From assembly GCF_009831105.1 (NCBI RefSeq), contig NZ_WUUQ01000001.1, positions 947,301 through 979,300 of the forward strand: 32,000 nt of DNA, read 5' to 3'. The stretch is from Copranaerobaculum intestinale (lineage in GTDB: Bacteria; Bacillota_I; Bacilli_A; Erysipelotrichales; Erysipelotrichaceae). This document shows, one piece after another, positions 17,122-25,391 of the stretch. The position numbers were made by a program, and so were the translations under genes. The notes under the pieces are model-generated. The model had not been told where the DNA came from. It saw only the letters and a list, made by a program, of their open reading frames with translations, and searched no databases. The stretch's first letter is position 1. Every line of letters starts with the position of its first letter.

Positions 17122-19038
17122 ATGATTAGAGGAAAAGTAAAAAAGAGAATGGATCGCATTTTTTTATGCACGGTACTGATCTTTTCTTTAATTTTAGGTA
17201 AACTTGGCTATGAACAAATTATCCATCATGAAAATATTATGGAAAAGGCAATGGAGCTGTGGGAACGTGATTTTACCGTAGCAGGTCTGCGCGGCAGTAT
17301 ACTTGATAAAAACGGTAAGGTGCTGGCGCAGGATATTCCATCCACCTCGGTTATGGTGGTACCGGCACAGATTGAAAAGCCGAAGCAGACCGCAAAAACA
17401 CTGGCTGAAATATTGGGTGCGGATGAATCAAAAATTTATAAGACGATTACCAAACATGTATCGACTCAGAAGATTCAGCCGGAGGGCAGGCTCATCAGTG
17501 ATGATCGAGCCAAGAAGCTGGAAGAGCTGGATCTTCCCGGTGTTTATCTGGTCCAGGATTCGCTTCGTCACTATCCAAATAATGCTTATCTGGCACAGGT
17601 GCTTGGTTTTACCGGTATCGACAACCAGGGATTAGCTGGATTGGAGCTTCAATATAACGATATTTTAACTGCAAAATCGGGAAGTCTGAACATTCCTTTC
17701 GATGCGAAAGGGCATAATGTCACACTGTATCATGAATCCTATGAAGCTCCGGGAAAGGGGCTTGATCTGGTACTTACAATTGATTCCTATATCCAGGATG
17801 TCATTGAACGAGAATTAAATAATCTGATGAAACGCTATCATCCTGATCAGGCACTCGCCTTAGCGATGAATCCGAAAACCGGAGAAATATTAGCCATGGT
17901 TTCCAAACCGGATTTTGATCCTAATCATTATCAGCAGTATTCCAAAGATGTATATAATCGCAATCTGCCGATTTGGATGAGCTATGAACCGGGCTCTACT
18001 TTTAAAAGTGTGACATTTGCTTCCGCTTTGGAGCTGAAGCTGTTTGATATGTTTAAGGACACCTATTATGACAAGGGATATGAAATGGTCGGTGGGGCCC
18101 GTATTAAGAGCTGGAAAGCCGGCGGACACGGGCAACAGACATTTCTGCAGGTACTGGAGAACTCCTCTAACCCAGGATTTGTTGAAATATCGCGGCGGCT
18201 GGGGTTGGATAATGAATATGAATATGTCAAAAAATTTGGATTTGGAGAAAAGACCGGTATTGATCTGCCGGGTGAATCCAAAGGTATCATGTTTAAGAAA
18301 TCGGCAATGGGAGAAGTCGAACAGGCTACGGTTGCCTTTGGTCAAGGGTTGAGTGTTACTCCGATTCAGCTGGTAACGGCTTTCAGTGCAATCGTAAACG
18401 GCGGTACGCTGTATACGCCGTATATTACCAAAGCTATTCTCGATCCAATTACACAGGATCCGCTGCTGGAGGTCAATCCTACAAAAAAACGGCAGGTTAT
18501 CAGTAAAGATACGAGTGAAAAAATGAAATATGCGTTGGAGAGTGTCGTCGCAAACGGCGGCGGCAAGAATGCATATATCAAAGGGTATAAGATCGGCGGT
18601 AAAACCGGTACTGCACAGAAGGCGGTAAACGGAGTGTATCTGTCGAATGAATATATTCTTTCGATGATCAGTGCGGCGCCGATTGACGATCCGGAAATTG
18701 TGATTTATATCGCGGCCGATGCACCCAAAAATGATGTGCTGTATGGCGGTACGGTCATCGGTCCGGTGCTGAAAAACTGTTATGAGGATATTCTTCCGTA
18801 TCTCAATGTGAAGAAAACAGACGATCAAATTCCAAAGAAAAAGATGTGGCTGGACCTAATCGATATTCAGGTGGATGGTTTTATTGGAAAAAATAAAGAT
18901 GAAGTGAAGCAGGAAGGCTTGGTGTTTGAGTTTGTCGGCGAGGGAGATAAGGTTGTGGAGCAGCTTCCGAAAAAAGGAACTACGCTGAGTGAAGGCGGAA
19001 AGGTGTGGATATATCTTGGTAAAGATAACGTTAAATAA
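17122..19038 (+). CDS. Second class B penicillin-binding protein (SpoVD/FtsI-like) with one PASTA domain
   Basis: About 638 aa. TM, SxxK GSTFK, SxN SSN, KTGTA. I prefer ATG 17122 (SD GAGGTG 17111-17116) over GTG 17116. Confidence 0.9.
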   Translation: MIRGKVKKRMDRIFLCTVLIFSLILGKLGYEQIIHHENIMEKAMELWERDFTVAGLRGSILDKNGKVLAQDIPSTSVMVVPAQIEKPKQTAKTLAEILGADESKIYKTITKHVSTQKIQPEGRLISDDRAKKLEELDLPGVYLVQDSLRHYPNNAYLAQVLGFTGIDNQGLAGLELQYNDILTAKSGSLNIPFDAKGHNVTLYHESYEAPGKGLDLVLTIDSYIQDVIERELNNLMKRYHPDQALALAMNPKTGEILAMVSKPDFDPNHYQQYSKDVYNRNLPIWMSYEPGSTFKSVTFASALELKLFDMFKDTYYDKGYEMVGGARIKSWKAGGHGQQTFLQVLENSSNPGFVEISRRLGLDNEYEYVKKFGFGEKTGIDLPGESKGIMFKKSAMGEVEQATVAFGQGLSVTPIQLVTAFSAIVNGGTLYTPYITKAILDPITQDPLLEVNPTKKRQVISKDTSEKMKYALESVVANGGGKNAYIKGYKIGGKTGTAQKAVNGVYLSNEYILSMISAAPIDDPEIVIYIAADAPKNDVLYGGTVIGPVLKNCYEDILPYLNVKKTDDQIPKKKMWLDLIDIQVDGFIGKNKDEVKQEGLVFEFVGEGDKVVEQLPKKGTTLSEGGKVWIYLGKDNVK

Positions 19039-20455
19039 GCTGTTAAAGTGTATTGGCGTAGCCTGCCAGACAACCATTGAAGTGCAGGGAATCACCGATC
19101 GCAGTGATGAAGCGAAACAAGATTGGTTGTTTATCAGTCTGCATGGAACAAGAGACAGCGGTGAGAAGTATTTGGATGAGGTGCTGGCAAAGGGAGCATA
19201 TGTGCTTAGCAGTGAGCCGCATGATGATGAACGCATCTTTTTTCACGAGCATCTTCATAAGGCTGCGGCAGAGCTGCTGGATGTCTACTATGCACGCCCC
19301 TATGAGAAGCTGCATGTGTGCGGTGTAACCGGGACAAGCGGTAAGACGAGCGTGTCCTCGCTCTGTGTTCAGCTGTTGAATGCTCAGGGGCTGAAAACAA
19401 TGCTGATCGGAACCAATGGCATCCAGTATGAACAGCAAATGATACCGACCGGCAATACAACTCCCTCATTGTTTATTTTGATGCGCTGCCTTCATGAAGC
19501 GCTTGAAAGAGGCATTACCCATGTCGTTATGGAGGTTTCTTCCCATGCTGTCGCAACCCATCGCATCGGCAATATCCGTTATGATGTGATTATCTTTACC
19601 CGTATTACCAGTGATCATCTGGATTTTCATTTTACACAATCGCAGTACCGCTACACCAAGTTTAAGCTGCGTTTTTCGCTGAAGCCGCAGGGCACCGTGA
19701 TTCTTCATAATGATGATCAAAAAATGCGTGAGTTCTATCAGCTGAATCATCATAAGCTGATCACATACGGCTTTCAGGCAGCGCATTTTACTGCTGAAAG
19801 TCCGGTTGTCACCGATCGTGACAGCAGCTTTGTGATGCATGATTATACTTTTCACAGTCCCTTATTGAGCGATGTGAACATCTTGAATACGGCAGCGGTG
19901 ATCGCCTATGGCCGGCTCATTCAGGTAAGCTATGCAAAGCTGCAGGAAACGGTATCACGTTTTCAAGGCATTCCGGGGCGATTGGAATGTATTCGCACGC
20001 AAGCATATACGATCTGGATCGATTACGCGCATACCAGCGACGCGCTTAAGAATGTGCTGCTGTTTGCTGAAAAGGTGAAAACAAATCGCATTATAACCGT
20101 AATCGGCTGCGGTGGGGAACGGGATCGGATCAAGCGTCCGCTGATGGCAGAATTAAGTGCTCATTACAGTGATTTGACCATTCTCACAGCAGATAATCCG
20201 CGCAGCGAATGGCTGCCGCAGATTCTGTTCGATATGTGTCCCGAACCGAAACCGAATACGGTGATTATTGAAGATCGTAGGTGTGCGATAAAACATGCTG
20301 TTAAAAATGCCGGTAATGGTGATATAATAATAATCGCCGGTAGAGGAAATGAAGCATATCAAACCATCTACGGACAGCGAATACGATTTCTGGATCAGGA
20401 CGCTGTCAAGGAAATTTTACTGAGGGAGGAAGTTCCATGGATTTCAAATATATAG
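19016..20455 (+). CDS. murE: UDP-N-acetylmuramoyl-L-alanyl-D-glutamate ligase MurE (DNPR motif, predicted meso-diaminopimelate-adding)
   Basis: Mur ligase P-loop GVTGTSGKTS, DYAHT, GCGGERD, ADNPRSE. The ORF opens at GTG 18989. TTG 19016 gives an N-terminus (MVKITLNKLLK) matching the usual MurE start, but the start remains uncertain. It overlaps the upstream PBP gene. Confidence 0.85.
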   Translation: MVKITLNKLLKCIGVACQTTIEVQGITDRSDEAKQDWLFISLHGTRDSGEKYLDEVLAKGAYVLSSEPHDDERIFFHEHLHKAAAELLDVYYARPYEKLHVCGVTGTSGKTSVSSLCVQLLNAQGLKTMLIGTNGIQYEQQMIPTGNTTPSLFILMRCLHEALERGITHVVMEVSSHAVATHRIGNIRYDVIIFTRITSDHLDFHFTQSQYRYTKFKLRFSLKPQGTVILHNDDQKMREFYQLNHHKLITYGFQAAHFTAESPVVTDRDSSFVMHDYTFHSPLLSDVNILNTAAVIAYGRLIQVSYAKLQETVSRFQGIPGRLECIRTQAYTIWIDYAHTSDALKNVLLFAEKVKTNRIITVIGCGGERDRIKRPLMAELSAHYSDLTILTADNPRSEWLPQILFDMCPEPKPNTVIIEDRRCAIKHAVKNAGNGDIIIIAGRGNEAYQTIYGQRIRFLDQDAVKEILLREEVPWISNI

Positions 20456-21399
20456 CTGCACTGGTAATCAGTCTGGTCATTACACTCATCGCAATGCCCA
20501 TGCTGATTCCCTTCTTACATAAGATTAAATTCGGTCAGGAGATACGTAAGGACGGCCCGCAGTCGCATTTGATTAAGGGCGGTACCCCGACGATGGGCGG
20601 TGTCGTATTTATCCTTGTACCGCTGTTAGTTCTTGTGGTGCTGGATCATACAGCATTCGCATCCAAAGAGATGCTGCTGGTGGCGATGGCTTATGTCGGT
20701 TATGGTATGATCGGTTTTCTGGATGATTATATAATTGTTGTGAAAAAAGATAATGTAGGACTTCGTCCCGGTATGAAGTTTCTGCTGCAGTCAATTCTGG
20801 CAGTTGCCTTTTATCTGTTTTATCGCAATATCGCATCTTCGACCGTATACATTCCTTTGCTTGATCAAACCCTGGATCTGGGATGGCTTTACTTTGTTCT
20901 CGTATATATTATGTTTACGGCAGAGAGCAATGCGGTTAATCTGACCGATGGACTGGATGGTTTAAGTGCCGGAACGGTCATCATCGCAATTTCTCCCTAT
21001 GTGATTTTTGCTTTGCTGCAGGATAACAAGGATTTGGCAATGCTGCTTTTGGCAGTGGTCGGAGCATTGCTTGGCTATCTTCGCTATAATCTGCATCCGG
21101 CTAAAATATTCATGGGTGATACCGGATCATTAGCACTTGGCGGCTTGTTAGCCGCAACCGCAATGGTATTGAAACAGGAATTACTGCTGGTGATTATCGG
21201 CGGTGTATTCTTACTGGAAGTGCTGTCGGTAGTCATTCAGGTTACCAGTTATAAATTAACGAAAAAGCGAGTGTTTAAAATGGCGCCGCTACATCATCAT
21301 TTTGAATTGAGCGGTTTCAAAGAAACACAGGTAGTATTGATTTTTTGGTCCATGGGATTGGTATTTGCGGCAATCGGCTGCTGGTTGGGAGTGATGTAG
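20437..21399 (+). CDS. mraY: Phospho-N-acetylmuramoyl-pentapeptide transferase MraY
   Basis: 320 aa polytopic protein. PTMGG, NAVNLTDGLDGL, MGDTGSLALGG, APLHHHFE motifs. SD GAGGGAGGA. Overlaps the murE end by 19 nt. Confidence 0.95.
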   Translation: MDFKYIAALVISLVITLIAMPMLIPFLHKIKFGQEIRKDGPQSHLIKGGTPTMGGVVFILVPLLVLVVLDHTAFASKEMLLVAMAYVGYGMIGFLDDYIIVVKKDNVGLRPGMKFLLQSILAVAFYLFYRNIASSTVYIPLLDQTLDLGWLYFVLVYIMFTAESNAVNLTDGLDGLSAGTVIIAISPYVIFALLQDNKDLAMLLLAVVGALLGYLRYNLHPAKIFMGDTGSLALGGLLAATAMVLKQELLLVIIGGVFLLEVLSVVIQVTSYKLTKKRVFKMAPLHHHFELSGFKETQVVLIFWSMGLVFAAIGCWLGVM

Positions 21400-21400
21400 G

Positions 21401-22726
21401 ATGGATTTTAAGAACAAGAAAGTTTTGGTTATCGGCTGTGCTAAAAGCGGTGAAGCAGCGGCAAAGCTGCTGTTGGCCCGCGGCGCGGATATTACGATTA
21501 CCGACAGCGCATGTATCGCTCATAAACAAGCTTTGCAGGATATGGGTATTGCGGTTTTTGACGGCGGCCATCCGGACTTCTTGCTGGATGGCGAGTGGGA
21601 TTTCATTGTAAAGAATCCAGGCATTCCATATCATAATCCATTCATCAAAAAATTTGTGGAAAAGCATACGAAGATTTTAACTGAAGTGGAAATTGCCTAT
21701 GCGTGTGCACCAAGGTTCCATTACGGTGCGATTACCGGTACCAATGGAAAGACAACCATCACTTCGATTCTCTATGAACTGCTTCAGGAAAATGGTCGGG
21801 CATTAGCAGCCGGCAACATCGGCTGTCCGCTTAGTGAACAAGCCCTGATCTTTGGTGAGGAAGAAAAGGATATTGCTTTGGAGCTCAGTAATTTTCAGCT
21901 TCTGGGCATTGATACATTCCGCCCTGAGGTCAGTGTCGTCTGTAATCTGGCACCGGATCATCTGGATTATATGGACAGTGTGGAGGCTTATTATAAAAGC
22001 AAAATGCGGATTTTTAAAAATCAACACAAGGATGACTGGTTCTTACGCAATGTCGATGATCCGCTGGTAATGAAATATGCGAAGGATATTCCATCGACGG
22101 TCATTGATTTTTCCCTGATTCGCCAGGATGTAGATCTATATCGCAAAGACGGGGGCATCTATCTGCATGAACAGCTGCTGTTTCATCAGAATGATTTAAA
22201 GATCGTCGGTGATCACAATGTCGCAAATGCCATGGTGGCTGCCTGCATGGCATATAAGCTGGGTGTATCAATACCCTCCATCCAAAAACGAATCAAAGCA
22301 TTTCAGGCAGTGGAACATCGCTTGGAATATATCGGTGAACGAAACGGGGTAACCTTTTACAACGATTCCAAGGCAACCAATACCGGAGCGGTTGTGACCG
22401 CTTTGCAGTCCTTTGAGAAAAATATAATTCTGTTAGCCGGCGGTCATGATAAGGGGATTCCCTTCGATGAATTGAAAGAATTTGATGATCGAATCAAGTG
22501 CTGCATCGCCTTCGGAGAAACTCGTCATAAATTTCAGCCGATCTTCTCGCATGTAAATATTTGTGAGACGATGAAAGAAGCGTTTGATCGAGCGGTAGGA
22601 CTTGCAGCTCCCGGAGACGTGGTCGTGCTTAGTCCGGCATGCTCCAGCTATGATCAATTTAAAAACTATGAAGAACGAGGTCGTATCTTTAAAGCATATG
22701 TACTGGAATATCTTCAGCAAAACTAA
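21401..22726 (+). CDS. murD: UDP-N-acetylmuramoylalanine--D-glutamate ligase MurD
   Basis: 441 aa. N-terminal Rossmann VLVIGCAKSG, P-loop GTNGKTT, DSKATN motif. Lies immediately after mraY. Confidence 0.95.
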   Translation: MDFKNKKVLVIGCAKSGEAAAKLLLARGADITITDSACIAHKQALQDMGIAVFDGGHPDFLLDGEWDFIVKNPGIPYHNPFIKKFVEKHTKILTEVEIAYACAPRFHYGAITGTNGKTTITSILYELLQENGRALAAGNIGCPLSEQALIFGEEEKDIALELSNFQLLGIDTFRPEVSVVCNLAPDHLDYMDSVEAYYKSKMRIFKNQHKDDWFLRNVDDPLVMKYAKDIPSTVIDFSLIRQDVDLYRKDGGIYLHEQLLFHQNDLKIVGDHNVANAMVAACMAYKLGVSIPSIQKRIKAFQAVEHRLEYIGERNGVTFYNDSKATNTGAVVTALQSFEKNIILLAGGHDKGIPFDELKEFDDRIKCCIAFGETRHKFQPIFSHVNICETMKEAFDRAVGLAAPGDVVVLSPACSSYDQFKNYEERGRIFKAYVLEYLQQN

Positions 22727-22796
22727 TCTGTTCCTCATCATGAATTGTAATTCTGATTCCTATCGGATACAATAAACACAAAAGGAGTACGACTAT

Positions 22797-23621
22797 ATGG
22801 ATATGATAGAGATATTAAAAGCCGTCGTTCTTGGAATTATCCAGGGAATCACGGAATGGCTGCCGATCAGCAGCACTGGACATTTGATATTATTTGATAA
22901 AATCTGGCCGATGACATCGACCCCTGCGTTTTTTGAGGTATTTAAAGTAGTTATTCAATTCGGATCGATCATTGCGGTCTGTGTATTGTTTTTTCATAAG
23001 CTGAATCCGTTTTCCGGACGTAAATCAATCAGTGAAAAGCGCCAAACCTTTGATTTATGGAAGAAGGTTATTGTCGGTTTAGTTCCGATTGCGATTGTCG
23101 GACTTCCTTTGGATATGATTCTGGAGGATTACCTGTCCGGCGTTTATGTGATTGCGGCGACATTGATTATTTATGGTATTGCATTTATTGTGATAGAAAG
23201 TAAGCGTCATACCCCAACTACAAGATCATTAGAAACCCTGTCGTATAAAACAGCGTTCTTCATCGGATGCTTTCAGGTACTGGCAGCGGTACCCGGCACA
23301 TCCCGCAGCGGGGCTACGATTTTGGGTGCGATTTTGCTGGGCTGTTCCCGCTATGTCGCAAGTGAGTTTTCCTTTTTTCTGGCCGTGCCGGTAATGGCAG
23401 GTGCCAGCGGCTTAAAGCTGGTTAAATATTTTATGAAGGTCGGTATGTTTACGGCTGAACAGTGGGGATTGCTGCTGGTGGGTACGGTTGTAGCCTTCAT
23501 TGTATCTATCTTTGCCATCCGGCTGCTGTTGAGTTATATCCGTAAGCATGATTTCAAGCTGTTTGGATATTATCGGATTGTCCTCGGCATTATCGTGATC
23601 CTGTATTTTACCCTTGTATAA
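22797..23621 (+). CDS. uppP: Undecaprenyl-diphosphate phosphatase (UppP/BacA)
   Basis: 274 aa polytopic protein. GIIQGITEWLPISSTGH and PGTSRSGATI signature motifs. SD AAAGGAG upstream. Confidence 0.95.
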   Translation: MDMIEILKAVVLGIIQGITEWLPISSTGHLILFDKIWPMTSTPAFFEVFKVVIQFGSIIAVCVLFFHKLNPFSGRKSISEKRQTFDLWKKVIVGLVPIAIVGLPLDMILEDYLSGVYVIAATLIIYGIAFIVIESKRHTPTTRSLETLSYKTAFFIGCFQVLAAVPGTSRSGATILGAILLGCSRYVASEFSFFLAVPVMAGASGLKLVKYFMKVGMFTAEQWGLLLVGTVVAFIVSIFAIRLLLSYIRKHDFKLFGYYRIVLGIIVILYFTLV

Positions 23622-23959
23622 GAAAAACGCCGGCGTTTAGCTGACGTTTTTTATTACAGATCTCGCCAAGAAATTTTCAGTATGTGAATTTGCCGGTAAT
23701 GAATCAACATGCTATGATGAAAAATAAAGAGGAAGAAGAACATAAGCATGGAGAAAAAAGCAGAACAGTCTCACCAGACTTATCATGAGATGGCTCAGCA
23801 TGACGGCACTTCCAAAGAAGGGGAATAAGCTGTGGAACTGGTCGGCTGCGGGGTGTACTAGAAAAGCTTACCGCTGTGCATTTATATGGAATTGATCTGA
23901 TTGCTATAGCGAAGCATTTTATTTCTCACACCGACAAAAGCGAAGATAATTTAGCCCTT

Positions 23960-25165
23960 TTACGATGCTTCTGCTTTGGAAAGGAGCTTTTTATATGTCA
24001 TATCCATGCCGATGGCGCCCAGCGGAGCGGTGATCAAAATAGCCAATACCGCAACCGAGAGAACTAGTCTGCCGCAAGCAAGGCCCATAGCGAGCGGAAC
24101 AGATCCGATCGCAGCCTGTACGGTCGCTTTCGGAAGATAAGCGAGGATACAGAAAAGGCGTTCCTTTCGATTGAGCTTCGTTTTGATCAGACAAATAGAA
24201 ACTCCGACGGCCCGAAAAATGAGCGCAAGCATAATCATACATACGGCAGCCAAACCAGCAGTCACCGTATAGCGGATATCCACTGCAGCGCCAACCAGCA
24301 CAAAGAGAATAACCTCCGCCGCGATCCATAGTTTGCCGAATTTCTCCGCCAGCCGTTTTGATACAAATGCTATACTTTTGATTTTTAAGGTGCAGGCCAT
24401 GCTCATAACCGCAAGCAGACCGGACACAGACACAATACCCTTCAGCCATGTTTCCATCGCTAATAGAATAAAAGATACTCCCAGCACAATGACAACTTTC
24501 GTGCTGTTACGTACGTAATGCTTATGTGCATATGCGGTTTCAAAAAAGTGACTGAGAAGATATCCGATAACAGCACCCAAGATCACTCCCAGCACAATGG
24601 AAATCGGAATGCTCATAAAATCTAAAATATTTGCGCTTCCTCCTTGCGTCATGTTAATAAAAGTGGAAAACAGCACAATGACAAAAATATCATCACAGGA
24701 AGCACCAGCCAAAATTAACTGGGGTATGCTTTTGGATAAGCCGTATTTCATATCGATGAGCTGAACCATGCGCGGTACGACCACGGCTGGTGACACGGCC
24801 GCGAGCACGGAGCCCATAACCGCTGCTTCCATTCTGGTTACGCTCAGAATAGAGGGGGCAAACAGTACGAATGCCAAAATCTCAAAGCAAGCCGGCACAA
24901 AGGACATCAGGACTGCAGGTCTTCCTACCTTTTTTAATTCCGCAAGATCAAGGGATAATCCTGCCTTGATCAAGATAATGATTAAAGCCATTTGCCGCAA
25001 TTCCGATGAAATGGATAGAATGGATGGATCAAGCAGATCTAAAACATATGGACCTAGTACAATGCCGGTAGCCAGCATGCCGATAATACGCGGCAATTTG
25101 ATCTTTTGGCAGATTGAAGCCATAGCTAAGCCTAATAAAAAAATAAACGCAAGTGAAGTCAACAT
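23960..25165 (-). CDS. Cation:proton antiporter (Na+/H+ exchanger superfamily, CPA type)
   Basis: 401 aa, about 12 TM segments, Na_H_Exchanger-like layout with a mid-membrane ...GASCDDIFV... acidic pair. SD AAGGAG (25173-25178) lies 7 nt before the ATG. Substrate is not determinable from the sequence. Confidence 0.8.
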   Translation of the reverse strand: MLTSLAFIFLLGLAMASICQKIKLPRIIGMLATGIVLGPYVLDLLDPSILSISSELRQMALIIILIKAGLSLDLAELKKVGRPAVLMSFVPACFEILAFVLFAPSILSVTRMEAAVMGSVLAAVSPAVVVPRMVQLIDMKYGLSKSIPQLILAGASCDDIFVIVLFSTFINMTQGGSANILDFMSIPISIVLGVILGAVIGYLLSHFFETAYAHKHYVRNSTKVVIVLGVSFILLAMETWLKGIVSVSGLLAVMSMACTLKIKSIAFVSKRLAEKFGKLWIAAEVILFVLVGAAVDIRYTVTAGLAAVCMIMLALIFRAVGVSICLIKTKLNRKERLFCILAYLPKATVQAAIGSVPLAMGLACGRLVLSVAVLAILITAPLGAIGMDMTYKKLLSKAEAS

Positions 25166-25185
25166 AGCCTATCTCCTTTTAATAC

Positions 25186-25232
25186 AAAAAAACTGATGCA
25201 TTCTGCGACATAAAAATCACAGAAGTCATCAG
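25186..25232 (-). terminator. Intrinsic terminator in the antiporter leader (also the only terminator downstream of trpS)
   Basis: On the - strand: CUGAUGACUUCUG (25232-25220), 14-nt loop, CAGAAUGCAUCAG (25205-25193). This gives 6+5 bp around a 2x2 mismatch, followed by U7 (25192-25186). The U tract ends 7 nt before the SD. Confidence 0.75.
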
Positions 25233-25282
25233 CTTATATAAGCGGTTTAGGTTTCCCAAGGGAGAACATCATTCCCTTGAGT

Positions 25283-25311
25283 ATTATATCCGATTCGCTT
25301 TAGTCTGTAAA
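25283..25311 (-). promoter_or_regulatory. Putative promoter of the antiporter leader (TTTACA - 17 nt - TATAAT)
   Basis: On the - strand: -35 at 25311-25306 and a perfect -10 at 25288-25283. Predicted TSS is about 25277, giving a leader of roughly 110 nt. Confidence 0.6.
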
Positions 25312-25391
25312 CAAAAAATTAGTTTTATATGCTTGTAGAAGGGTATCAGTCATGATCGATTTCGAAGTAATTTGCATATTTGCGTGAAACC

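Noticed and set aside
17890-18828. 312-aa ORF on the - strand, plus other long antisense ORFs (922-1497, 1019-1606, 1603-2004, 8535-9014, 9378-9995, 9959-10339, 11984-12364, 12258-12656, 19043-19438, 19466-19855, 23991-24449, 24768-25196).
   Set aside because: Each lies entirely inside a well-supported, motif-bearing gene on the opposite strand (PBP, recG, polC, ClC, murE, antiporter). Their translations are low-complexity, Arg/Cys/His-rich or otherwise unprotein-like. None has an SD or promoter. These are typical shadow ORFs.
23623-23652. Possible terminator after uppP (AACGCCGGCGTT palindrome; AAAAACG...CGTTTTTT).
   Set aside because: Only a 4-5 bp GC stem with a tetraloop, or an AU-rich long-range stem, can form. 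It is plausible as a weak or bidirectional terminator, but not strong enough to list as a feature.
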